Positions 40,541 through 53,863 of a stretch of DNA of 64,000 bases are shown piece after piece. Source of the DNA: Octopus vulgaris (Eukaryota); NCBI GenBank assembly GCA_951406725.2, contig OX597823.1, forward strand, positions 117,242,001 to 117,306,000. Reading direction: 5' to 3'. Under the pieces are notes generated by a model, which had not been told where the DNA came from, made no database searches, and was given only the letters and a program-made list of their open reading frames with translations. Numbering within the stretch: the first letter of the stretch is position 1; each line of letters opens with the position of its first letter. The position numbers and the translations under genes are program-made.

Positions 40541-40708
40541 AGGGCCATATTAACAGTATTATAGGCCCTTGGACAAATGATGGCAGTGGACCCTATAGTA
40601 TCTATTTATTGACTGCAAGTCACAACACAAATAGATCATAATCTGACCCCCAGACCCACGAGGCCCCTGAGCGACTGCCCAGTGTGTCCATTCCTTAGGA
40701 TGGCATTG
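40541..40708. mobile_element. Possible degenerate small DNA transposon/MITE
   Basis: AGGGCCATATTAA ... TTAGGATGGCATT weak TIRs, internal GGCCC motifs. Confidence 0.3.
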
Positions 40709-41112
40709 GAAAGATCTTTAATAAACTGAATGACAAATCACAAATTAAATATAGCATAAAATCATCATCATCTTCACTTAACGTCCGTTTTCCATGCTGG
40801 CATGAGTTGGATGGCATGACAGGAACTGATAAAGTCAGGGGCTACACCAGGTTCCATGTTTTGACTCATTTCCTACAGCTGGGTGCCTTTCCAGAGTGTC
40901 CAGAGAGCTTTTTATGACACCATCACCAGTGCTTTTTAAGTAGCACCCACACCAATGGTTTTTACGTCTCAATTTTGTTAAGGTGGGTGGGTCTTCTCAA
41001 GTATAGCAATGCAGCACATTTTACAGTCCTCTGTCATCTCCTTCGTAAGATTTAACATTTTAAGATCGGCCTTCAATACATAGGAGCAATTAACACTGTG
41101 ACTACACATGAC

Positions 41113-41473
41113 ATGAACTTCATTAAACTGCTTGGCTGACTCTCAGAAAATAGAATTTCCTTCTTTAGTCAGATGCTGAATGGAAACAATGTTCAACTTT
41201 TAAATCACAAACATCCTTAACACTCCATTATTTATCATTGGTTTCACCTAATACAAAAGTAGATGAGAGAAAAGTGTTCCCTTGGTTAAAATATTAATCT
41301 ATATCAGAGTCTCCAATGCAATCAATTGATGACCCTATTGCTAAAAGTACTTTAGTCATATTTCCAAAAGGATCTTTGTGATTTGAAAGTTTAACATTGT
41401 TTCCATTCAGCATCTGACTAAAGAAGGAAATTCTATTTTCTGAGAGTCAGCCAAGCAGTTCATCAAAGTTCAT
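41113..41473. repeat. Inverted repeat, ~105-bp arms (41113-41218, 41368-41473), ~150-bp spacer
   Basis: Arms are reverse complements with a central ~65-bp perfect match. Confidence 0.9.
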
Positions 41474-41571
41474 TCTCACTAGCCACTATCAATGAAAAAT
41501 ACCAACTGCCTCTGTGCATAACTTTCATCAACTATGAAAAGGCATTGAAGCTGAAATCTCAAAAAATGCAA

Positions 41572-41615
41572 CATATATATATATATATATATATGTATGT
41601 ATATATGTATATATT

Positions 41616-41656
<41 letters not shown>

Positions 41657-41717
41657 GTATATATATGTATATATTTATGTATATATATATATATATATGT
41701 ATATATTTATGTATGTA

Positions 41718-41750
<33 letters not shown>

Positions 41751-41906
41751 GTATATATGTATATATGTATGTGTATATATGTATATATGTATGTGTATAT
41801 ATATGTATATATGTATGTGTATATATGTATGTATGTATGTATATATATATGTATGTATGTATATATATATGTATATATGTATGTATGTATATATATATGT
41901 ATATAT

Positions 41907-41939
<33 letters not shown>

Positions 41940-41995
41940 CATACATACATACATATATATATATATACATACATACATACATACACATATACACA
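41572..41995. repeat. TA/TATG compound microsatellite
   Basis: Direct inspection. Confidence 0.95.
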
Positions 41996-42190
41996 CCATT
42001 GGCAATTTTTTTCCTCCGTCTTCCCTTCTCTGGATCTTTCCTTTTCCTATGTTTCTGACGAAGTGCTCCCCTCGAAACTTTAAACCTTCCTTCTTCCCTT
42101 CCTTCCTGAGCGTCCAATAATACTATGTTTGTTCCACGCCCTCGCGTTGTTGTGTTTTCTCTTTATGTTTTCATGTTTGGATTAACTTTA
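41996..42190 (+). mobile_element. Penelope-pLTR-like non-autonomous element with minimal hammerhead core
   Basis: GTTT-CTGACGA-AGTGCTCCCCTC-GAAAC-TTT-AAAC; homologous to 61225-61432; embedded in (TA)n. Confidence 0.65.
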
Positions 42191-42944
42191 TCTATATATA
42201 TATATACTCTTTTACTCATTATATATATATATATATATATTCTTTTATTCTTTTATGTGTTCAGCCCTAAGGTTGTGGCCATGCTGGGGCCCCATATATG
42301 CACATACATGCACGTGCACACATGCATACACAAAAGACAGTCCACATCAAATGAAGTAGCATAAATTGACTTAGAGGTGTGCTGTGTTATCTCACGAAAC
42401 AGTCAAAGCTTCCTGATATCGTCTGAAGTTGATTAAATAAAATATTTTGAACTTTGTCGATTCCTGAGAGTTTAAGATATTTCCTAGTATAGTTGTATCT
42501 TGCATCTCTGTTTATTATTTATTTTCTCTTGTCTTCTTTATCTTACGCTAGAAGTTCGCCATCTTCTTCCTTCCTGTTCTCCAGGGTTTAATCAATTAGA
42601 ATATTTTTTTTAACCAACTTCCTAGAGAACTGTATTCCAATTTACCATAAACATTTTATTTTTGCATGAATTTTGCATCCTTCATGTAAATTACTTGATC
42701 TTTTTGGGGGTTTCTGTGGCAATTAGTTGTTTGTTTATTGCTGTTTTTATATATTGTCTTGTTGTTATTTTCACCTATTTTGAACCAACTATGATTCAAT
42801 TAACCTGAACATGACAATATATATTTCGTAACAAAGTTGCTAAAAAATGTAGAGCAAAATTATTTGCACATTCCCTGTCAAGCAAACATTTAGCAAAGTA
42901 TTGCTTCTGAAAGACAAGACTGTTTAACAAATGCAATTTAAGTC

Positions 42945-43356
42945 AATGTGATACACATATGTACGTACGTATGTATGTATGTAAGTATGTATGTATGTAT
43001 GTACACATACACACACACACACACACATGAGTATGTTATATATACAAATATACACACACACATGTATATGTGTGTATATACACACACATATATATGTATA
43101 TATGTATATATATATAAATACATATATGTATGTGTGTATATATATATACATATATGTATGTGTGTGTATATATATATATATATATGCATATATGTATGTG
43201 TGTATATATGTATATATATATACACATATATGTATGTATATATATATATATAAACATATATGTATATGTGTGTGTATATATATATATAAACATATATGTA
43301 TGTATATATATACATATATGTATGTATGTGTATATATATATATAAACATATATGTA

Positions 43357-43388
<32 letters not shown>

Positions 43389-43596
43389 AACATAGATGTA
43401 TATATATATATATAAACATATATGTATATATATATATAAACATATATGTATATATATATATATAAACATATATGTATATATATATATAAACATATATGTA
43501 TATATATACATATATGTATGTATGTATGTGTATATATATATATATATATATAAACATATATGTATGTATATGTGTATATATATAAACATATATGTA

Positions 43597-43639
<43 letters not shown>

Positions 43640-43690
43640 ATATATGTATGTATATATATGCGTGTATATATATATATAAACATATGTATG

Positions 43691-43732
<42 letters not shown>

Positions 43733-43772
43733 TATGTGTGTGTTTGAATGTATATATATATATATATATATT
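42945..43772. repeat. TA-based higher-order microsatellite (AAACATATATGTA(TA)n units)
   Basis: Direct inspection. Confidence 0.9.
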
Positions 43773-45167
43773 ATAATAATGAAACTACAGTTTATAATGC
43801 ATACTTACATTATTCTCCCTGTAGAAAAGTGCCATATTTAATGTTATTCTCTGTAAAATAAAAATGGAGATTAGAAGTGCAAAACTCATAACTTAATTTC
43901 TTCCATTACCGTTTTCCTCATCTCTCATATTTATTTTTCCTGCTAAAGATAATAAGATTATCCATTCTTATAATAAAATACATCCCTTATATAGTAAAGT
44001 ATTTCATAAAACAATCCAAAAGAGAAGAGAAAATCGTAAATGCATGAGAAAATTTAAATTGATGTTATGACCACAGAATGAAGCAATTTAATCACTTCTC
44101 CAAAATTCAGTAACTTTGACCTATGAAATTTTGCAAAAGGGTCTTTTATTACCTTACAATAACAAAATGACAAACTAGTTTCCCCTACAAAATTAGAAGT
44201 CTGATATTTTGCTTTTTCTTTATTTTTTGTCTTTTTCTATATTTTTGTTTGTTTTTCTTATTGTCGACATTTTTATTAAATATATTTTTAAATAGCTTAT
44301 TTTATGACATTTTTTTATATTATAAATCGAAAATTTTTTTAAAAAATCTAAATAAGAAAAAATTTTAATAAACATTTCTCTACTGCAATTATTTATTGTC
44401 ATCCCAAAGGAAATCTTAATTAAGGTTCTTCAACCATGACTAAAATTGTCCTCCTAATGTCCTTAAGCATCATTAACAGCATCAGCATCAACTTCTACAG
44501 TTGTTGCTATGATAATGATGCTGTTGTTACTAATGTTGGTTGACTAAAAGCGGTGGTGGTTTTTAATGTATTTGGTTGATATGTTTTATAGAAGACATTT
44601 TAGTTTGGTGAATTTCAAGAACATTAAGTGTATTCCTCTCTTTCAGGACTGAAAGCCATGGGATGTTAGTAATGAGGCTTCAAGAGAGAGAGAGAGAGAG
44701 AGTGAAAGATAAGAGGTGGATTTGTACTAAGAGGTATATGGGAGGAGCTGATCTTGGAGAGGTGTAGTGAGAGGATGTTTTAATAGCAGAGGTAAAACAT
44801 ATAGAATAGTTAAAGTATTGTCATGTGAGTTGATGGTTTGTAAGTTCAAATCCAGTGCACTGTGCGTCTGGGAAAATCCCTTTCTCATACAAGCCTCAGT
44901 TGTAACAGTTATGGCCAAAAGAAGGAGTAAATTATGTAGCATAAAAAGATACTGTATTTTCTGGCATACTAGCTGACATATAGAGTGTGAACATGTAATT
45001 TCAACATTCAAACTTCATTGCTATCTTTCCAAATTCTGCTGCATTTCTCAGGGGATTTTTGGTCTTCTATATTTGTCTTGGTGTAGAAATCAACCTTACT
45101 CTTGGTCTGAAAGATTTGACTTATATGCTGGATATACATTCTCTCCTCATGATAATATTACATTCAT

Positions 45168-45337
45168 AGGTGCAGGAGTGGCTGTGTGGTAAGTAGCTTG
45201 CTTACCAACCACATGGTTCCGGGTTCAGTCCCATTGTGTGGCACCTTGGGCAAGTGTCTTCTACTATAGCCTCAGGCTCACCAAAGCCTTGTGAGTGGAT
45301 TTGGTAGACGGAAACTGAAAGAAGCCCGTCGTATATG

Positions 45338-45389
<52 letters not shown>

Positions 45390-45533
45390 TGTATGTATGT
45401 GTGTGTATATGTTTGTGTGTCTGTGTTTGTCCCCCAACATCACTTGACAACCGATGGTGGTGTGTTTACATCCCCGTAACTTAGTGGTTCGGCAAAAAAG
45501 ACCGATAGAATAAGTACTAGGCTTACAAAGAAT
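45168..45533 (+). mobile_element. SINE family A, 3'-truncated
   Basis: Family match. Confidence 0.88.
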
Positions 45534-45579
45534 ACGCACACAGAAACACACACACATATATAATAATTTATGAAAATTT

Positions 45580-45982
45580 ACTGGCACTTGTGCCCGTGCT
45601 AGTAGGGTGCCAAGAGCACCATCTGAGCTTGATCGTTGCCAGAACGGCTAACTGGCTTCCGTGCCGGTGCCATGTAAAAGGCAACATTCGAGCGAGGTCG
45701 TTGCCAGTGCCGCTGGACTGGCACCTGTGCAGGTAGCAAGTGTAAAAAGATTTGAGCAAGGTCATTGCCAGTACCGCTTGACTGGCCCCTGTGCCGGTGG
45801 CACATAAAAAGCACCCACTACACTCTCAGAGTGGTTGGCGTTAGGAAGGGCATCCAGCTGTAGAAACTCTGCCAGATCAAGATTGGAGCCTGGTGCAGCC
45901 ATCTGGTTCGCCAGACTTCTGTCAAATCGTCCAACCCATGCTAGCATGGAAAGCAGACATTAAGCGATGATGATGATGATGT
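45580..45982 (+). mobile_element. SINE-like family C, long form with repeated 5' modules
   Basis: Repeated GCCAG...CTGGC..GTGCCGGTGGCAC.TAAAA modules, then the C body and (GAT)n. Confidence 0.85.
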
Positions 45983-46689
45983 ATAGACTTGTGTATAGAA
46001 GTACCAACTTTTAAGATCAGTACAGAGGAAGACAGTGACGGTGGTGGGGAAGAGACAGAGTGAATGCTTGTGAGGTGTAAGATCAAAGACAGTTAAAGAA
46101 TGCATTAATCAAAAGGTTGTAAATGCAAACAACATACGACAATAGTAAGAACCCAGGAATCAAATTATTGATTTTCTATCTTTGATGTAAACATATCCCA
46201 ATATAGGAATGGAGCAATTTATCCACTCAATTATTAGCTCATCAATTATCATTTAAGAGCAACAAAAACCACATGCTATATACGCCACGAAGTGTGGGAG
46301 TGCATCCATCCACACTCCTCTCTCTCTCTCTCTCTCTCTCTCTGTTACTCTTTCTCATATATACACACCCACACACACACACTGCTATCCCAAACCTCGC
46401 TGCTATATTAGCAGTATCTAATAGTAGTAAACATAAGAGGAACAGTAATAGAATACTATAAAACCCAGGTTTAGGAATTAAAATGGTAAATAAAATAGGG
46501 TGCACTTAGATACAGGAACGTTGTTATGCTAAGTAATGGGAACAAAAAGCTCAAATAATCTCAGTAATAAAAGCTTGATCACTAATTGTAATAGCATTAG
46601 TTCTATTATTGAAAACAGGATACATACTTCTCCCTGGGGTTAGAAACCAGTACAGGTTTTGGAATTACATAATAGCATTGCAAATCAAA

Positions 46690-47110
46690 ATAGAAACAAT
46701 AGGAAAGATAAGTGATTGTAACTGTAGAGTAGCTGATAGCTGTCTGTTAAATGAGTACTGTTTACATAAAAGCATCATTTACAAATACACTGTAAGAATG
46801 CATAATGCATGTAAATATTACATTGGCTCAATAACAAATTATCTTAAGAAAGGATTTTATATGCACTGTCAGTCATTCTCTGACTGTATCCTTAAACACT
46901 CAACCCATCTCACAGAATATGCATTTGATTTAGAATCTAAGGGTATAAGATTATAAGTTGAAATGGAGCATAATAAATTCAGTTGAAGAAGAAAGACTGC
47001 TATTTATGTACACATGAAGCACTTGAGATATTAAGGGCCATTCAAAATCTATTAACCAAAAAGAATGATATTGTAATTCATCGCAGGCAGAAATACACTT
47101 GGACTTTTAA
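46690..47110 (+). pseudogene. Penelope-like GIY-YIG endonuclease remnant
   Basis: CNCRVADSCLLNEYCL..IIYK..YYIGS..FYMHCQSF..STHLTEY. Confidence 0.8.
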
Positions 47111-47709
47111 TCATTAAACAGTTCTAAGAAATTATTTATATAGTTAAGATAATAGTGATACTGGGTAGTATCTACTTGAATCACATTACAGTACAACTTC
47201 CATATTTAAAAATGGGTATATACAGGTACAGATGAACTTCTCTAAATCTACTTATAAATATTAACATTATCAATAAATTAGATTCAAAATGAAGATTTAC
47301 ATTTATAGTAAATCCTAAACGTTGGCTTCATATAGTATATTAGTCATTGATTGAGTTGGTTTCCCTTAGTCTTTCTAATTCACCAAATTCTTTTATATTT
47401 GCTCATCTTACTCCTTCTTCCAAGAATATTGCATTACTACTGCAGTCAATTATATGTGCACAGATTGTGCAATTTCTATGTGTCTTTATCTAAAATCTAT
47501 TTGAATACGAAATATATGACATTATTAAATTTAAGTAACATTCCAGTGACTCCCTATTTTTAACTCAGTATTACTAAAGTCACTGAGATTGTCATTCTTA
47601 TAATGATCCAATCAACTGATCTTAATTAATCAATTATTCTAACAACTAACTTATCTTGTATTGACTGATACATATATTCGTTTGGTCATTGTATTTATGG
47701 ATTGGACAG

Positions 47710-48630
47710 ATATGCCATAAGGCATTGTTTTATATTTGTTACAGGCAAATACCTTTCCAGGTATTTACCTGTAGTGTTTCTCAAGTACAGGATCTTTATA
47801 TATTGTTATATTTCAAGACGGTCATTTTTTTGTTTTTGTTTTACCCATACACTGTATATTCGTTCTTTACTTTAGTTTTTTTATTGTTCTTATTTCATGT
47901 TGTTTGTCTGAAATCTTTTGTCACGCATCTTGTGACCTCCTCAGTGACTCTCCCTCCCATGTATCTCATGAGGAGAAACCTAGGATGGAGAGTTGCTGAA
48001 GAGGTCATAGGATGTGTGACAAAAGATTTCAGATAAAAAGGACACTAAAATAAGAACAATAATAAAGCCGAAGTGAAAAACAAATATACAGTGTGTAGGA
48101 GTGGCTGTGTGGTAAGTAGCTTGCTTACTGACCACATGGTTCTGGGTTCAGTCCCACTGTGTGGCACCTTAGGCAAGTGTCTTCTACTATAGCCTCGGGC
48201 CAACCAAAGCCTTGTGAGTGGATTTGGTAGATGGAAACTGAAAGAAGCCCGTCGTATATATGTATATATGTGTGTGTGTGTGTGTGTATGTTTGTGTGTC
48301 TGTGTCCCCCTCCCCAACATCGCTTGACAACCAATGCTGGTGTGTTTACGTCCCCATAACTTAGTGGTTCAGCAAAAGAGACTGATAGAATAAGTACTAG
48401 GCTTACAAAGAATAAGTCCTGAGGTCGATTTGCTCGACTAAAGGCAGTGCTCCAGCATGGCCACAGTCAAATGACTGAAACAAGTAAAAGAGTAAATGAG
48501 TGCATTTGCTTATTTAGCAAAAAAAAAGGGAGAAAAATGACCATCCCAAAATACAACAATATCTGTTTCAACACATGATTTCACATCAAGAATCTTGCAA
48601 AACAAATACATAAATGATCTTTGTAGATAT
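47710..48630. mobile_element. Foldback/palindromic element interrupted by a SINE
   Basis: Core arms 47904-47954 and 47986-48035; outer arms 47845-47895 vs 48046-48095 and ~47710-47830 vs ~48533-48630. Confidence 0.7.
48093..48500 (+). mobile_element. SINE family A, full length
   Basis: Family match. Confidence 0.9.
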
Positions 48631-49429
48631 TCTTTTCTTTTCCCCACTTTCTTCCTTTTTCTTGTTCCTTTCCTTTCTTGCCTTGCAACTTACTTGGCAA
48701 CTTCACAAGTTCTAGTGGCATGTAAAAAGCACCCACTACAGAATCCTGCTAAAGCTGACGCTGGGGCTTAATGCAGCCTTACGGTTAGCCAGATCCTATT
48801 AAAACATCTAACCAATGCCAGCCTGGAAAAAAACGAACATTGAATATTGATATTGATAATGATGATATATGTGTATGTAACAATATATACATATGTGTAT
48901 GTAACTATATGAATATATATACATGTACAGAAACAAGCTTGCACAGTCATTAACATACCAGACCATATGCTTAGCAGCATTTGGTTCGTCTTCACATTCT
49001 CAGTTCAAATTCCACCAAGGCCAACTTTGCCTTTCTTCTTATCAGGTCGATGAAATAAGTACCAGCTGATCACCGAGGCCAATGAAATTGACCAGCCCCA
49101 CCCCCAAAACTTCAGTCCTTTTGCCAATACTAGAAAGGATATGAATGTGTGTGTGTGTGTGTGTGTATGTGCATGTGTGTGTGCATGTGTGTCATTATCA
49201 TCATATGTGTTCACTTTCCATGCCAGATTAGTTTCGGCAGGTTGTCATCAGCCGAGCCAGTTTGTACTCAGAATTACTGCCATCCTAATTGGGTTTGAGT
49301 ACCCTGAAGCTATAGAGGACGTATTGTAGTAAGAATATTAATAAGTACATTTGTGTGTGTCTGTGTATGTGTGTGTGTGTTTGTGTGTGTGCACTTAATG
49401 AGTGTGAAAGTTTGGCTTGAAATAATATC

Positions 49430-49605
49430 ACTATAAAAGCACCCAGTACAGTCTGTGGAGTGGTTGGCATTAGGAAGGGTATCCAGCCATAGAAACCAAG
49501 CCGAAAATGACTATAGAATTGGGTGCAGCCCCTGGCCTTACCAGTTTCTGCCAAGCCATCCAACCATGCGATCATGGAAAATGGACATAAAATGATGATG
49601 ATGAT
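49430..49605 (+). mobile_element. SINE-like family C
   Basis: AAAAGCACCC...GGAAGGGTATCCAGC...(GAT)n. Confidence 0.75.
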
Positions 49606-50354
49606 TTCTCTATGAATCTCTATGAAACCTAATTTAACCCGGGGTTCCACATGCACCCTAGAATGATCCATCCACTAAAGAAAAGAAATGTGTCTGTAAC
49701 AAGGAGGATTCAATAAAGAGCCTAGGAGCTGTAATGTATTGGTAAAGAAGAAAAAAAAAGAAACATTGATAGTTGAGTAGGAGAGATAAAGGGTGATACA
49801 GAAATCTAAAACTTGCTGCTGGGAAATTTTTTCCTTCTATATTAGGCAGGTATTGATAACTTTCTATTGAACAGTGGCTCCATTTGTTATCATATAATAT
49901 GCACACACACTTAGTCCAACCCATGCTAGCATGGAAAACGGACGCTAAATGATGATGATGATGATGATGACTCACACAGTCAATGCTGATGATGAACTAA
50001 AAGAACTGATGTGAAATAAAAGTCAGGAGAATAACCCCAACTATTTTTTGGCATGGTGGTATATCTGTCAAACTGACAGCAAACTCATTTGACCATTATT
50101 AAAGTTCTCATCCAAGTTCGTGAACTTCAGTCCCCATAGTATTAAGAAAAAATATGTAGCATCTGATGGCCACAGAGAAAATATTTTTTTAATTCCCACA
50201 GGTGACCTAATTTGAATATTGATATTGGTTTTGATAACTGTAAAGACATTTAGAAGACAACTGACGCAGTGGGAGAGTTTTTGCAGATTTAGTATATTAA
50301 AGTATGCATGTGTCAAAATGTATAGAATTATGCTATGGTATATCTCTGGGAATT

Positions 50355-50503
50355 TACATTCTGAGTTCAAATTCCACCGAGGTCGACTTTGCCTTTCATC
50401 CTTTCAGGGTTGATAAATTAAATACCAGTTGTATATTGGCGTCAATCTAATTGACTGGCCCCCTCCCCCAAAATTTTGGGTCTTGTGCCTAGAGTAGAAA
50501 AAG
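50355..50503 (+). mobile_element. SINE family B, 5'-truncated
   Basis: GAGTTCAAATTCCACCGAGGTCGAC...GTGCCTAGAGTAGAAAA. Confidence 0.8.
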
Positions 50504-51059
50504 ATATATCTCTGGGAATATATTCCAAGTTTACTGTGTAGTGCCAAACTGTCTGTGGTAGCAGACTTTGTTAAGCTTATTTAGATTCACATACTTCGTT
50601 TTTTCTTTCAGTCACTGAATTGTGGCCATGCTACAGCACTGCGTTTTAGTTAGACAAACCAGCCCCAGTACATTTTTTGTTTTAAATCTGGTACTCATTC
50701 TGTCACTCTCTTTTGTTGAACCACTAAATTATGGGACGTCAGCAAAGTAATACCAGTTGCCAAGTGTTGTGGGAGACAAACACAGATACAGACACATGTA
50801 TACACAAACTATATATACATATATATATACACATTCTCCATATAAAATTAGTGTACATTTAAACACAAAATTTTATATAGAGAATATGTTGTCTATTGAC
50901 TTTTTATACATGTTTGACAACTGGTAGCGAAATTTCTAAAAAAAATTTGCTACCCTCTATATTTTACATACACACACACACACACACATATACATATATA
51001 TGCATATATATATACCTATATATATATGCATATACCTATATATATATATATATATATAC

Positions 51060-51260
51060 CATCATCATCATCATCATTATCTTTTAACATCTATTGTCCA
51101 TGCTGGCATGTGTTGGATGGTTTGACCAGAGCTGGTGAGTTCAGGAGCTGCACCAGACTCCAATCAGATTTGTCATAGTCCCTATGGCTGGATGCCCTTC
51201 TTAATGCCAACACTTTATGCAGAGTGTGCTGGGTACTTTTATGTGGCACCATACAGGCGC
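51060..51260 (-). mobile_element. SINE-like family C
   Basis: Reverse-complement match. Confidence 0.7.
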
Positions 51261-51549
51261 TTTTGTGGCACTTTCACAAGCACATTACACCACCAGAGTG
51301 ACTGGTCTTAACCCTTCTGTTGTGGAGTACAGGTAGTTTAGAGTACAGCAAGACACCAGGCATCTCAGTTGTTTCTCATCTCACTTGAAAGGTTCAGAAT
51401 CCTGAGGTTGTTCTTCAGGACAGGCTTTCTCACAGTTTCCGTTGATCAGATATACTGGCAGGGCATTGATTGGCCCAGTGCTTATAGTAGAGGACACTTG
51501 CCCAAAATGCTGCAGAATGAGACTGAAAGAAAGTTTTGAAATGTTTAAA

Positions 51550-51831
51550 CGTGGCAGATGCCAGGGCCACCTGACTGGCGTCCGTGTCAGTGACACGTAA
51601 AAGCACCAACTGATCGTGGCCATTTGCCAGCCTGCTCTGGCCCCTGTGCCAGTGGCACGTAAAACATACCCACTATACTAATGGAATGGTTGGTGTTAGG
51701 AAGGGCATCCAGCTGTAGAAACACTGCCAAATCATATGAGAGCCTGGTTCAGCCTCCATGGCTTACCAGACCCCAGTTGAACCATCCAACCCATGCTAGC
51801 ATGAAAAACGGACGTTAAATGATGATGATGA
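51550..51831 (+). mobile_element. SINE-like family C
   Basis: Family match with 5' modules. Confidence 0.8.
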
Positions 51832-51837
51832 TTCCTA

Positions 51838-52295
51838 TGTGCAGGTGTGCTTGTGTGATAAGAAGCTTGCTTCTCAACTCTATGGTTCTGGGTTCAGTCC
51901 TACTGTGTAACACCTTGGGCAAGTGTTTTCTACTATAGCTGCAGAATGACCAAAGCCTTGTGAGTGGATTTGGTAGACAGAAACTGAAAGAAGCCCATCA
52001 TGTGTGTGTGTGTGTGTATGTGCATGTGTGTGTGTATGTGTGTGTATGTGCGTGTGTGTGTGTGTGTGAATGCATACATGTGCATATTTTGTACCTGTGC
52101 ATCCCCACCAATCATCACTTGACAATTGGTGTTGGTGTGCTTACATCCCCGTAACTTAGTAGTTCAGTAAAAGAGACTGATAGAATAAGTACTAGGTTTA
52201 AAAAATAAGTCCAAGGGTCGATTCGTTTGACTTCAAGGCAGAGCTCCAGCATGGCCATAGTCAAATGACTGAAACAGGTAAAAGAATAAAAGAAT
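51838..52295 (+). mobile_element. SINE family A
   Basis: Family match. Confidence 0.85.
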
Positions 52296-53069
52296 AAATT
52301 CCATTTTAGTTTTGATGTTATGCGATGCTATGTTGGTGTCTTCATAATTAACATCACCGAAATAACCATTGAAATTATGTTGATAAATGAGGAACAAGTT
52401 TTGTACATTGGGGGCAATCAAATTGGCTATAAACCATTTCCAAAATTTCAGACACTCTGCTTATGTAAGGAATCATAATTGTATATTATATTTCTTCTAA
52501 TCAGATAATGGAATCAGTAGGCCTAGAAGTACATATAACTTTTTGAATTAACATTCCAGCCAGGAATCTCCTACACGAAGCTCACAATCACTTGAAATGC
52601 TAATGTATGGTTGGGACTTCATTTATTAACCAACAGAGAGATAAAAAGGTGTGTGTTGGACTAAAGACATATAGCCGCATACACACCTTCCTGCATCTGT
52701 TACTTACTATACTGTCTGTAACAGTATATTTCTTTGGTCCATGGCTTATGTGAATAAGAGAGAGTGTATGTATGTGTGACAGAGAGAGAGAATCCTCATT
52801 TGACTTCACTGTATTATGTCTACGTATCCTACTAAACCTGAGTTATGGCAAACTACATTTCGTCTCTTTCTCTCTCTCACACACTTTACACACACATACA
52901 CACACACACACACACTAAATCATAAATCCAAAACAGAAGCACTCTCTAAGTTACAGAGCAGTAGAATATTTAGATAAAAATAATTATCGCTGGTCTATGA
53001 AGTTACCATGGATAACCCCATAGACTGGTCGTAACTATCTTGAAATATATATGTATATATATAAACATA

Positions 53070-53113
<44 letters not shown>

Positions 53114-53662
53114 AGAGAGAGAGATAGAGAGATAGATAGAGAGAGAGATAGATAGATCTACTCACATACACACACAAACATATGCATATGTGTGTCTCCA
53201 TGTATGTTAGTACATTTATTGATGTCTGACTGGTTAATACTGACTCTTTACTTGCCATGCTGTCTTCATATTCCAGCATTAAAATATACGAAATCAGATT
53301 TTACCCAATTAAATTTAACTGTAGTAATTAATAAAGATTCTACTGTTAATACCGCTGCTGCCACTGCTACTACTACAACTACTACTACTACTACAAGTTA
53401 TGATGGTCAGTCCTGTCAATCCTGATTTATGAGTGTTTGAATGAAAGGGTTTTGAAAAAAGATTAAAAACGAAAGGGTTTTCATCTATTTGTGATGGATG
53501 TATGAATGTAATTTGAACCCAGGTATAGATTTTGCTATGGGACAATGGTGATTTTGATTTTGCCTGGGATTGGACAAATATGTCTTCTGATTATAGAATA
53601 TAATTCTTTTATTGTTCGTTTTTTTTTTTTTTAACTTTCTCAAAATTAGTTACAATAATAAT

Positions 53663-53863
53663 AATCCTTTCTACTAAAGGCATAAAGCCTGAAATTCTGG
53701 GGAAAGGAGCTGGTCAATTACATCGACCCCAGTGTTTCACTGGTACTTAATTTATCGACCTCAAAAGGATGAAAGGCAAGGTCGACCTCAGAATGTAGCC
53801 ACAGACGAAATACCAGCAAGCATTTCGTTCAGTGTGCTAACGATTCTGCCAGCTCACTGCCTT
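53663..53863 (-). mobile_element. SINE family B
   Basis: Reverse-complement match. Confidence 0.8.

Noticed and set aside
41545-43776. Long YI/CV/HT-rich ORFs (also at 6.8, 9.2, 10.6, 37.5, 38.6 and 58.6 kb)
   Set aside because: Translations of TA/TG/CA microsatellites that lack stop codons
50179-50301. Plus-strand exon after strong acceptor ttcccacag
   Set aside because: All three frames stop within 15 nt and there is no other support
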